Shown piece after piece: positions 28,438-35,673 of a DNA stretch of 64,000 bases. Below the pieces are notes generated by a model. The model saw only the letters and a program-made list of their open reading frames with translations, ran no database searches and had not been told where the DNA came from. The first letter of the stretch is position 1. Every line of letters begins with the position of its first letter. Origin of the DNA: Acidobacteriota bacterium. GTDB taxonomy: Bacteria; Acidobacteriota; Vicinamibacteria; Vicinamibacterales; JAKQTR01. A program made the position numbers and the translations under genes. The DNA lies in assembly GCA_026393755.1 (NCBI GenBank), contig JAPKZO010000039.1, positions 134,096-198,095 of the forward strand, read 5' to 3'.

Positions 28438-29246
28438 TCTACCGCGTCATCGCCCTCGTCACGCTGGCGCATGTCGGTGCGGCCTTTGTCGTCAGCCGCC
28501 TGGCCCAGGCCTTGTCGCTGTTCCCGGTCGTTGGCGTGGGCCAGTGGATCGCGGTCTTTCTCCTGCTCGATGCCGTCGCGCTCTACGCGATGCTCGAGCG
28601 GCGGGCTCTGGTGTTCGGACGCATCTGGTGGCGGGGACCCGTGCAATACGCGGTCATCTCGCTGACATTCGATGACGGGCCGAACGAACCCCACACGTCG
28701 CGCGTGCTCGACGTGCTTGAGCGCGCCCAAGTCAAGGCGACGTTCTTTGTGCTCGGGGCCAATGCCGAGCGCTATCCGGAGACCGTACGGCGCATCGTGG
28801 CCGACGGCCACGAACTCGGCAACCACACCGTTGATCACGCCGTGCTTCCCCTGCGGGGCCCGCGCCACATCCGGGCGGCCATTCGCGGGGCCTCCGACAT
28901 CATCGAGCGGATCGGCGGCGTGCGCCCGCGCCTGTTCCGGGCGCCGCATGGCTGGCGGAATCCGTGGGTGGATCGGGTCGCACGCGAGGAGGGCTGCGAG
29001 CCCGTCGCGTGGACGCTGGGCGTGTACGACACGGACCGGCCCGGAGCCGACGTGATCCGAAGACGCGTCATCGACGGCGTGAGCAACGGATGCATCGTTC
29101 TGCTGCACGACGGCCGCGGCCTGGAGCTGCGCGCGGACGCGAGCCAGGTGGCGGAGGCTCTGCCTGGCATCATCGATGAGGCCCGCCGGCGCGGCTACCG
29201 CTTCGCGACCGTCGGCCAGCTGATCGCCGGGGAGCGTCGGCGATGA
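28434..29246 (+). CDS. Membrane-anchored polysaccharide deacetylase (NodB homology domain)
   Basis: ATG at 28434 overlaps the GT4 stop (ATGA). There are two N-terminal TM helices, then TFDDGPN, HELGNHTVDH, RAPHGW, LLHDG, which are the NodB motifs. Confidence 0.85.
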   Translation: MIYRVIALVTLAHVGAAFVVSRLAQALSLFPVVGVGQWIAVFLLLDAVALYAMLERRALVFGRIWWRGPVQYAVISLTFDDGPNEPHTSRVLDVLERAQVKATFFVLGANAERYPETVRRIVADGHELGNHTVDHAVLPLRGPRHIRAAIRGASDIIERIGGVRPRLFRAPHGWRNPWVDRVAREEGCEPVAWTLGVYDTDRPGADVIRRRVIDGVSNGCIVLLHDGRGLELRADASQVAEALPGIIDEARRRGYRFATVGQLIAGERRR

Positions 29247-30190
29247 AAGCCCGCGCGAGCTTCGTCGCGCTGGCCATCGCCCTCATCGTGATGGCGGTGA
29301 TCCTGCACCGGCTCGACTGGCAGGCCGTCATCGCGACCTGGGCGCGCGTGATCTGGCCGTGGGTGGTCGCGTCGGCCGCCGTCAACATCGTTGACAGCTG
29401 GGTCCAGGGGCTGCGGTGGCGGACGGTGCTCGGCGCCAGCGATGTCGCCGTGCGGGCGAGCATGGCGTTCTGGGCGATGCTGGTCGGAACCGTCGGCAAC
29501 GTCCTGCTGCCGTTCAAGCTGGGAGAGGCGGCGCGGGCGTGGGCCGTGGCGCGGCTGGCCAAGGCGCCGATCGCGACAGTGGCCTCTACCGTGGTGCTCG
29601 ATCGACTGGTCGATCTGGCGGCCCTTGTCATCCTGTTGATGGTGATTCCGCCGATCGTCGGCCCGATCGTTGGCGTCAGACTGCCGAGTCTTCGCGCCCT
29701 GCTGGTTGTGGTCTGCGGGGCGTTGCTGCTCGTGGCGCTGGCCGCCGCGGGGTGGCGGCGCCTTCGGTGGCACCGCAGGAACAGCGGCGCCGGCGGATTC
29801 GGGCCGCGGATCGAGTCGTTTGTGCGCGGCCTGAACGCGCTGAGACAGCATCACATTCTGGCGCAGGCGATCGCCTGGGCCATCGGCTCATGGTGCACGC
29901 GGGTGATCGTCGTGTGGATCATGTTCCACGCATTCGGGCTCGACTGGCCCGTGATGCGGGCGGCGATGATCCTGTTGATCATCAACGTCAGCATCGCGGT
30001 GGTGGCCACGCCCGGCAATATCGGCACGTTCGAATTGGCCGCGGCAGGGGCGCTCAGGCTGTTTGGCGCAACGCCGGAAGTGGCGATGAGCTTCGCCGTC
30101 ATCCTCCATGTGGCGGAAGTCGCGCCCACGGCCCTGCTTGGCGCGCTCGCCATCTGGAAGTTCGGGCTGACGCTGAGGCGCCCGGACTAG
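29243..30190 (+). CDS. Lysylphosphatidylglycerol-synthase-TM-region-like (UPF0104, flippase-like) membrane protein
   Basis: ATG at 29243 overlaps the deacetylase stop (ATGA). The protein is a 315-aa polytopic membrane protein with RW(R/K) and GNxLLPxKLGE-type motifs (GNVLLPFKLGEAAR). Confidence 0.7.
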   Translation: MKARASFVALAIALIVMAVILHRLDWQAVIATWARVIWPWVVASAAVNIVDSWVQGLRWRTVLGASDVAVRASMAFWAMLVGTVGNVLLPFKLGEAARAWAVARLAKAPIATVASTVVLDRLVDLAALVILLMVIPPIVGPIVGVRLPSLRALLVVVCGALLLVALAAAGWRRLRWHRRNSGAGGFGPRIESFVRGLNALRQHHILAQAIAWAIGSWCTRVIVVWIMFHAFGLDWPVMRAAMILLIINVSIAVVATPGNIGTFELAAAGALRLFGATPEVAMSFAVILHVAEVAPTALLGALAIWKFGLTLRRPD

Positions 30191-30900
30191 CGCGTCAATG
30201 CGAGGACGACCGCGTCAGCGTCCGACAGATTCTCAAACACGATACCGGCGCCGGCCGCTCGGAGTGCCGCCTGGTCGAAGCCGCCGGTCGCGACGGCGAC
30301 AGAGTTGACCCCGGCCTTCCTCGCGGCGTCCACATCGAGCGGCGTATCGCCGATGATGATGACGTCTGATGATTCCACTGGAGGACAACCCGCTTCGGCG
30401 GCCCGGGCGACGGCAACTGGTACCAACTCGTGCCGGAGGGCGGCATCTCCGCCGTACGCGCCGCAGTGGAAGTGGCGCCAGAGGTCGAAGTAGGCGAGCT
30501 TGATCCTGGCGCCATCCACGTAGTTCCCGGTCAACAACCCGAGAAACACCGTGTCGATGGCGGCCAGGCGGCCGATCAGTTCGGGAACGCCAGGCAGTGC
30601 GCCTTTGAACCAGCGGCGGGACGCACCGCTGGCGGGTGGGGGCACCGGCGAATCAATCTCGTGTTCGAGCAGCGTGAGGTAGGCCGAGGTGAAGTCGGCA
30701 AGATGACCTGCCGACGGCTCAATCCCGAACGTCGCCAGCGCATCCGACAGAATCGCCGGATCGGTCCGTCCCGCCATCGGCACACCCCGAAAGGCGTCGG
30801 GAACGCCAAAGACAGCCTCGAACGCCCGGTTCATCGCGCGCACGCCGGCGCCGCCGGTCAGCACGAGGGTCCCGTCTACATCGAACAGCAGGAGTTTCAC
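30187..30900 (-). CDS. HAD-superfamily hydrolase (phosphoglycolate-phosphatase-like)
   Basis: Motif I LLLFDVDGTLV and motif IV IIIGDTPLDVDAA. The GTG at 30900 overlaps the PHP gene stop (GTGA). The ORF-track ATG at 30933 would overlap by 37 nt. Confidence 0.8.
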   Translation of the reverse strand: MKLLLFDVDGTLVLTGGAGVRAMNRAFEAVFGVPDAFRGVPMAGRTDPAILSDALATFGIEPSAGHLADFTSAYLTLLEHEIDSPVPPPASGASRRWFKGALPGVPELIGRLAAIDTVFLGLLTGNYVDGARIKLAYFDLWRHFHCGAYGGDAALRHELVPVAVARAAEAGCPPVESSDVIIIGDTPLDVDAARKAGVNSVAVATGGFDQAALRAAGAGIVFENLSDADAVVLALTR

Positions 30901-31805
30901 AGGGTGATACCTCGAAGCCCGGCCCGGCGGCACAAGTCGTCGAAATCGCGGGCGGGCAGGACGAAGCGACCGAGGCCGCCCGGGTGATGCGACTGGTCAC
31001 CGTGATAGTCGGATCCGCCCGTGACGCCAAGGTTCAGTCGGCGGGCCAGCGCCAGATAGCGACTTGTGTCCGCGTCGGCATGATCGGCGTGGTAGACCTC
31101 GAGCGCATCAAGACCGGCGCCCGCGAGGTCGGCGATGACGCGGTCAATCCCGGCCACACCCGGATGCGCCAGCGATGCGATCCCGCCGGCGTCCTTGATG
31201 ATCCGGATGGCGCGCCTGACGGTCACCCCGGCCCTCGGCTCATACGCCGGGGCGCGCTCCCCGACGTACTGTTGAAAGGCGTCCTGCCGCCGCTGGACGT
31301 GGCCCGCATCGACAAGGGCCTGCGCGATGGCCGGTCTGGACACCGGTCTGTCGCCGGCCGACGCGATCACCTGTTCGATATCGATCGGCACGCCCATCGA
31401 CGCCAGCCGTACGCCAATCACGCGTGCGCGGCGGATGCGGTCCCGGCGCTGATCGGCCAGGAACGCGGCCAGGGCTGGCGCGAGCGGATCGAAGAAGTAC
31501 CCCAGCACGTGCACGTCCTTGCGCCGCCACACCGCCGTGATCTCGATGCCGGACACGAACCCCAGGCCCGCACACCGTGCGGCCGCCTCCGCCGCGGGAA
31601 TCGCCGCAGTCGTGTCGTGGTCGGTGACGGCGACGACCGACAGGCCGGCCGACGCGCAGTTCGCCACGAGCGCTTCGGGCGCGTCCACGCCATCGGAGGC
31701 CGTCGAATGCAGGTGCAGATCGATCAACGGTGACGGGCGGCCCGGATGCGGAGAGGCGTCGGGGTTCTGCACGGACAACGTCCTTCGATTCATGAGGTCG
31801 GTCAC
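30897..31805 (-). CDS. PHP-domain metal-dependent phosphoesterase (TrpH/YciV-like)
   Basis: IDLHLHSTASDG, AVTDHDT, GIEI..., AHP and GGSDYHG, the typical PHP His/Asp ladder. Confidence 0.85.
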   Translation of the reverse strand: MTDLMNRRTLSVQNPDASPHPGRPSPLIDLHLHSTASDGVDAPEALVANCASAGLSVVAVTDHDTTAAIPAAEAAARCAGLGFVSGIEITAVWRRKDVHVLGYFFDPLAPALAAFLADQRRDRIRRARVIGVRLASMGVPIDIEQVIASAGDRPVSRPAIAQALVDAGHVQRRQDAFQQYVGERAPAYEPRAGVTVRRAIRIIKDAGGIASLAHPGVAGIDRVIADLAGAGLDALEVYHADHADADTSRYLALARRLNLGVTGGSDYHGDQSHHPGGLGRFVLPARDFDDLCRRAGLRGITL

Positions 31806-31893
31806 GAGGGCATCTATTCAGGACGTCGTGCTGAGTGAGCGCTTTCGCCGGATCGCATTGGGGGAGTGCGCCACGTCATTGCGAGTCGAAGCA

Positions 31894-32880
31894 TTACGCC
31901 CGGCGTCGGGCGGAACGGGCACGGCGCGCCGCGCGGGCCTCGTTCTCCCGCTTCGTCAGACTGATGTACTCGCGCAGCAGGAGATCGAGATGCCCGCGTT
32001 CCTCGTCGGCGAATTCCAGGAAGATCTGTTTGCCGGTGGAATCCTCGAATCGCTCGCCGTATCGCTTGAAGAAGCGATGCGACGTCCGCTCGCATCGGAT
32101 GCCGATCTTGAGCGCCTGTCGATCGTCCACGCCTCGCGCCACTTCTTCGGCCGCCGCCGCGAACAATCCGTTGGCGGCTCCCTTGAAGAACAGGAACGTC
32201 GGCCGCGACTCGAGCTGCGGATCCTGCTGCAGCAGCTTCTGATAGCGCGACTCGAGCGCGGACAGGTGATCGCGTTCCTCGTCGGCCAGCTTCTGGAACA
32301 CCCGCCTGCCCCGCGCGTCCCGGGTCGTCCTGGCGGCACGCGTGTAGAACTCGAGGCCGCTGCGTTCGGTGGCAATGGCGATCCTCAATGCATCGCGGGC
32401 AAACACCATTTCACTGGTGTCGCCATCGACCACCGCGGGCTTGCCTGTGCGGCACTCGTCACAGGTGCCGTAGATCTGCAGCACGCTCTGGCGAGCGGAG
32501 AAGCTCCTGGCGGCCGCGACTTCCTCGATCAGGGCTTCGATGTCGGAGCTGAGGAATTCGAGCGACCGGTTGCACGTCTTGCAGATGAGATGGAAGTGGC
32601 GCGGATGCCGATACGAGTGCTCAAACCGGAACCGGCCTTCGCCGAAATCCACCTTGCGGGCGATACCGGCCTCCACCATCCACTGCAGCGTCCGATAGAC
32701 GGTCGCCCGGCTGATGCGCGCGTCCTCGCGATGGATCAGGTCCACCAGATCGTCGGCCGAGAGATGGCCTTCGTGCTTGAGGAAGACCCCGAGGATGCGC
32801 TCACGCTTGGTGGAGCGTTTGCCGCCTGGCAGGGCCAAACGGGAAACGTCCGGCACGACGGGATCAGCTGGCGTTGACAT
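31894..32880 (-). CDS. Fur-family transcriptional regulator fused to a rubrerythrin/ferritin-like diiron domain
   Basis: ATG at 32880. The N-terminal half is Fur-like (ISRATVYRTLQWMVEAG; HFHLICKTC...YGTCDEC, two CxxC pairs). The C-terminal half has two E...ExxH pairs (ATERSGLEFY...LADEERDHL and RCERTSHRFF...FADEERGHL). Confidence 0.8.
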   Translation of the reverse strand: MSTPADPVVPDVSRLALPGGKRSTKRERILGVFLKHEGHLSADDLVDLIHREDARISRATVYRTLQWMVEAGIARKVDFGEGRFRFEHSYRHPRHFHLICKTCNRSLEFLSSDIEALIEEVAAARSFSARQSVLQIYGTCDECRTGKPAVVDGDTSEMVFARDALRIAIATERSGLEFYTRAARTTRDARGRRVFQKLADEERDHLSALESRYQKLLQQDPQLESRPTFLFFKGAANGLFAAAAEEVARGVDDRQALKIGIRCERTSHRFFKRYGERFEDSTGKQIFLEFADEERGHLDLLLREYISLTKRENEARAARRARSARRRA

Positions 32881-32948
32881 CGTGGGGAAACAAGGTCGGG
32901 CCACTTCTTCAAGAGTTGGTTGGGAAAAGCGGCCCGGCCCCTTTTCCC

Positions 32949-33281
32949 TTATTCTGCGCTGAACGACGATCCGCAACCGCAAGTCGACTTCGCGTTGGGG
33001 TTGCGAATGGTAAACCCGCCGCCCGTCACGCTGTCAACGAAATCCACTTCCGCGCCCCCGAGGTACCGGGCGCTGATCGGATCGATAAACAACTTCACGC
33101 CGTTCGATTCGAACGACTGGTCGCCGGGTCCCGGACTGTCTTCGATCATCAGGCCGTACTGAAATCCCGAACAGCCGCCTCCCTGCACGAAGACGCGAAG
33201 ACCGCTTTCTGTTTTCTGTTCTTCAGCCAGCAACTCGTTGATCCGGGCGGCGGCCGATGCCGAAACGTTCACCATGTTCAA
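32949..33281 (-). CDS. erpA: Fe-S cluster insertion protein, A-type carrier (ErpA/IscA, HesB family)
   Basis: 110 aa with GLRVFVQGGGCSGFQY and the C-terminal CGCGSSF, which is the HesB signature. Confidence 0.9.
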   Translation of the reverse strand: MNMVNVSASAAARINELLAEEQKTESGLRVFVQGGGCSGFQYGLMIEDSPGPGDQSFESNGVKLFIDPISARYLGGAEVDFVDSVTGGGFTIRNPNAKSTCGCGSSFSAE

Positions 33282-33312
33282 CTCCCTGCGGGTGGTCTAT
33301 GCACCCGTTCTG

Positions 33313-33318
33313 ATTATA
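33313..33318 (-). promoter_or_regulatory. Candidate -10 hexamer TATAAT for the erpA / fur-rbr transcription unit
   Basis: A perfect TATAAT on the minus strand lies about 32 nt upstream of the erpA ATG. No good -35 hexamer is seen at 16-18 nt spacing. Confidence 0.3.
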
Positions 33319-33399
33319 GCGTGATGACCGAGCGTGAGGCGACTGCCCCGCCTCCACTTGCCGATCGAAATTCGCCATATCATGTTATGTTACAGCGAG

Positions 33400-33565
33400 T
33401 TAGCAGCCCGTGGCGGAAGTCGGTCGTCGCACCGAGACCGTCGATGCGGCCGGATCGCAAGGCGCGAAACGCGAGAATATCGGGAATATTTGAGCGTTGA
33501 GCAACGCCGCGAGGCGGTATGCAGCGTCGGTCGAATGCAGACTGACTTGCACCACGGGCTGCTAG
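33400..33565. mobile_element. MITE-like element (166 bp) with imperfect 23-nt terminal inverted repeats related to the IS end at 993..1015
   Basis: The left arm at 33400-33422 (TTAGCAGCCCGTGGCGGAAGTCG) matches the reverse complement of the right arm at 33543-33565 (CTAGCAGCCCGTGGTGCAAGTCA) at 19/23 positions. The right arm is identical to 993-1015. Both ends abut TAG/CTAG. There is no coding capacity. Confidence 0.6.
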
Positions 33566-33630
33566 CCCGTTCGACGCGGTGCTGATGCGCCTGGCTCAGG
33601 GCTAATCCAGAGCCAAGGTCTTGAATTCGT

Positions 33631-33664
33631 CCTGAGTCGAAGCCCGCCCTTCGGCAAGCTCAGG
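33631..33664. repeat. REP-like imperfect hairpin CCTGAG-t-CGAAG-cccgcc-CTTCG-gcaag-CTCAGG
   Basis: Read directly in the intergenic region upstream of the aldehyde dehydrogenase gene. A further CTCAGG copy is at 33595-33600. Confidence 0.35.
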
Positions 33665-33718
33665 GCGTGGCGAGGGGCCTCCAGGATCCTTCACAACACG
33701 CCCCCTGGAGTCGCAACC

Positions 33719-35152
33719 GTGACCCACCAATACCCTTTTTACCTGGCCGGCGAGTGGGAAACGTCAACCCACCAGCTCGCCGTCACCAACCCGTACGACG
33801 ATTCAGTCGTCGCGGCCACATGGCTGGCCGCCGACGCTGACGTCGAGCGGGCGACGGCGGGGGCCGTCGAGGCAGCGCCCACTATGCGTCGGCTCCCGGC
33901 CTACCGCCGGGCGGAGATCCTGGCACAGGCTTCAGCCGTGCTGATCAGACGACGCGACGAGATCGGACGGGCGCTCGCCGGTGAAGCCGGCAAACCCATC
34001 AGGGACGCGCTGACGGAGGTCGATCGGGCCGCCATGACCTTCCACGTCGCAAGCGAAGAGGCCCGCCGGCTGGGTGGTGAGGTCATCCCGCTCGACCTGG
34101 CCGCCCACGGTCAGGGCCGCACGGCTATCCTGCGTCGCGTGCCGCTCGGACCGGTCTCGGGGATCTCCCCGTTCAACTTCCCGCTCAACCTCTCGGCGCA
34201 CAAGATCGCGCCGGCGATCGCGGCCGGCAACACGATGGTGCTCAAGCCTGCGTCGAAGACGCCGCTGTCGGCGCTGTTCCTGGCGTCGGCACTCGACGAG
34301 GCCGGCCTTCCCAAAGGCGCGCTCAGCGTGCTGCCGATGTCGCGCGAACTGGGCGACCGGCTCGTGACCGATGATCGGTTCAAACTGCTGACCTTCACGG
34401 GCTCGTCGCCAGTCGGCTGGGCGATGAAGGCGCGCGCCGGGAAGAAGAAGGTCCTCCTCGAACTTGGCGGCAACGCCGGCGTCATTGTCGATGCCAGCGC
34501 CAACCTGGCGTACGCCGCGCGGCGGGTGGTGACAGGCGGGTTTGCGTACGCGGGACAAAGCTGCATCTCGGTGCAGCGCGTCTTCGTGCATGCGGACGTG
34601 TACGACGCGTTCGTCACGCTGTTGATTGAAAAGCTGTCCGGGCTGGTCATCGGCGATCCGCTCGACCCGGCCACCGACCTCGGCCCCATGATCGACGCGG
34701 GCGAAGTGGATCGGATCGAGGCGTGGGTGAAGGAAGCGGTCGCGCAGGGCGCGCGCGTGCTGACCGGCGGTTCGCCCATCAGCCGCTCGATTTTTGCCCC
34801 GACGGTCCTCGAGCAGGTGCCGGAACGATCCAGGATCTGCGCGCAGGAAGTGTTCGCGCCGGTCATCGGATTGTACCGGTTCACCGACTTCAATGACGCC
34901 ATGGCCGCCGTGAACCGGTCGAGTTTCGGCCTGCAGGCCGGCGTCTTCACCAACGATCTGCTCCACACGTTGGCAGCCTACGACACCCTCGAAGCCGGCG
35001 GCATCATCGTCAACGACGTGCCCACCTGGCGGATTGATCACATGCCCTACGGAGGCGTCAAGGACTCGGGCACTGGGCGCGAAGGTCCACGCTACGCGAT
35101 CGAAGAAATGACCGAACCCCGGCTGCTCGTGATCAACAGGGAGATGGCGTAA
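33719..35152 (+). CDS. NAD(P)-dependent aldehyde dehydrogenase
   Basis: GTG start. 477 aa with FNFPLNL, LKPASKTP, the catalytic LELGGNAG (Glu) and GQSCISVQR (Cys), and PYGGVKDSGTGREG. Confidence 0.9.
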   Translation: MTHQYPFYLAGEWETSTHQLAVTNPYDDSVVAATWLAADADVERATAGAVEAAPTMRRLPAYRRAEILAQASAVLIRRRDEIGRALAGEAGKPIRDALTEVDRAAMTFHVASEEARRLGGEVIPLDLAAHGQGRTAILRRVPLGPVSGISPFNFPLNLSAHKIAPAIAAGNTMVLKPASKTPLSALFLASALDEAGLPKGALSVLPMSRELGDRLVTDDRFKLLTFTGSSPVGWAMKARAGKKKVLLELGGNAGVIVDASANLAYAARRVVTGGFAYAGQSCISVQRVFVHADVYDAFVTLLIEKLSGLVIGDPLDPATDLGPMIDAGEVDRIEAWVKEAVAQGARVLTGGSPISRSIFAPTVLEQVPERSRICAQEVFAPVIGLYRFTDFNDAMAAVNRSSFGLQAGVFTNDLLHTLAAYDTLEAGGIIVNDVPTWRIDHMPYGGVKDSGTGREGPRYAIEEMTEPRLLVINREMA

Positions 35153-35289
35153 CGGCCCAACCGAAATTGTTTCGCGCATCCTGTCGGTGAACGCTCGGCA
35201 TTTACGGTAGAATGCGCTGAATTCTCGAGTCGCCCGGCGGCCACGGGAGCCGCTCAGCCGGGACGGCTGCGAATATGAGGTCCATCGAC

Positions 35290-35613
35290 ATGGCGCACAC
35301 GTATCACGAACTGAAGGACAAGACGGTCTTCGATCTGCGCGAGATTGCCAAAGAGATTCAGCATGACGCCGTGCAGGGGTACTCGCAGATGAACAAGGAT
35401 CATCTGCTGGTTGCGATCTGCAAGGCCTTGAATATCCCCATTCACGAGCATCACGATGTGGTGGGGATCAATAAGGCCGCCCTTAAGGCACGCATTCGCG
35501 TCCTGAAGAAGGAGCGGGATGCAGCCGTCGAGGCGCACGATCACGCGAAACTCAAAGCGATTCGGTCCCACATCCACGGCCTCGACCGCCAGATCAAGAA
35601 GCACATGATGTAG
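35290..35613 (+). CDS. Small His-rich protein with a Rho-N/SAP-like N-terminal motif
   Basis: MAHTYHELKDKTVFDLREIAKEI...MNKDHLLVAICKAL resembles the Rho_N helix-hairpin. There are 12 His in 107 aa (HEHHD, HDH, SHIH). The GC content is visibly lower than in the neighbours. Confidence 0.6.
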   Translation: MAHTYHELKDKTVFDLREIAKEIQHDAVQGYSQMNKDHLLVAICKALNIPIHEHHDVVGINKAALKARIRVLKKERDAAVEAHDHAKLKAIRSHIHGLDRQIKKHMM

Positions 35614-35673
35614 ACGGTGTGCCGGCGGGGTCGGCGTACAGCCGCCAGCAATCCCGCGCTACACTATCGGACC

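Noticed and set aside
35614-35673. Possible glmS ribozyme upstream of glmS
   Set aside because: Only about 60 nt of spacer are available, and no resemblance to the conserved glmS ribozyme core was seen. That element is also mostly confined to Firmicutes-like lineages.
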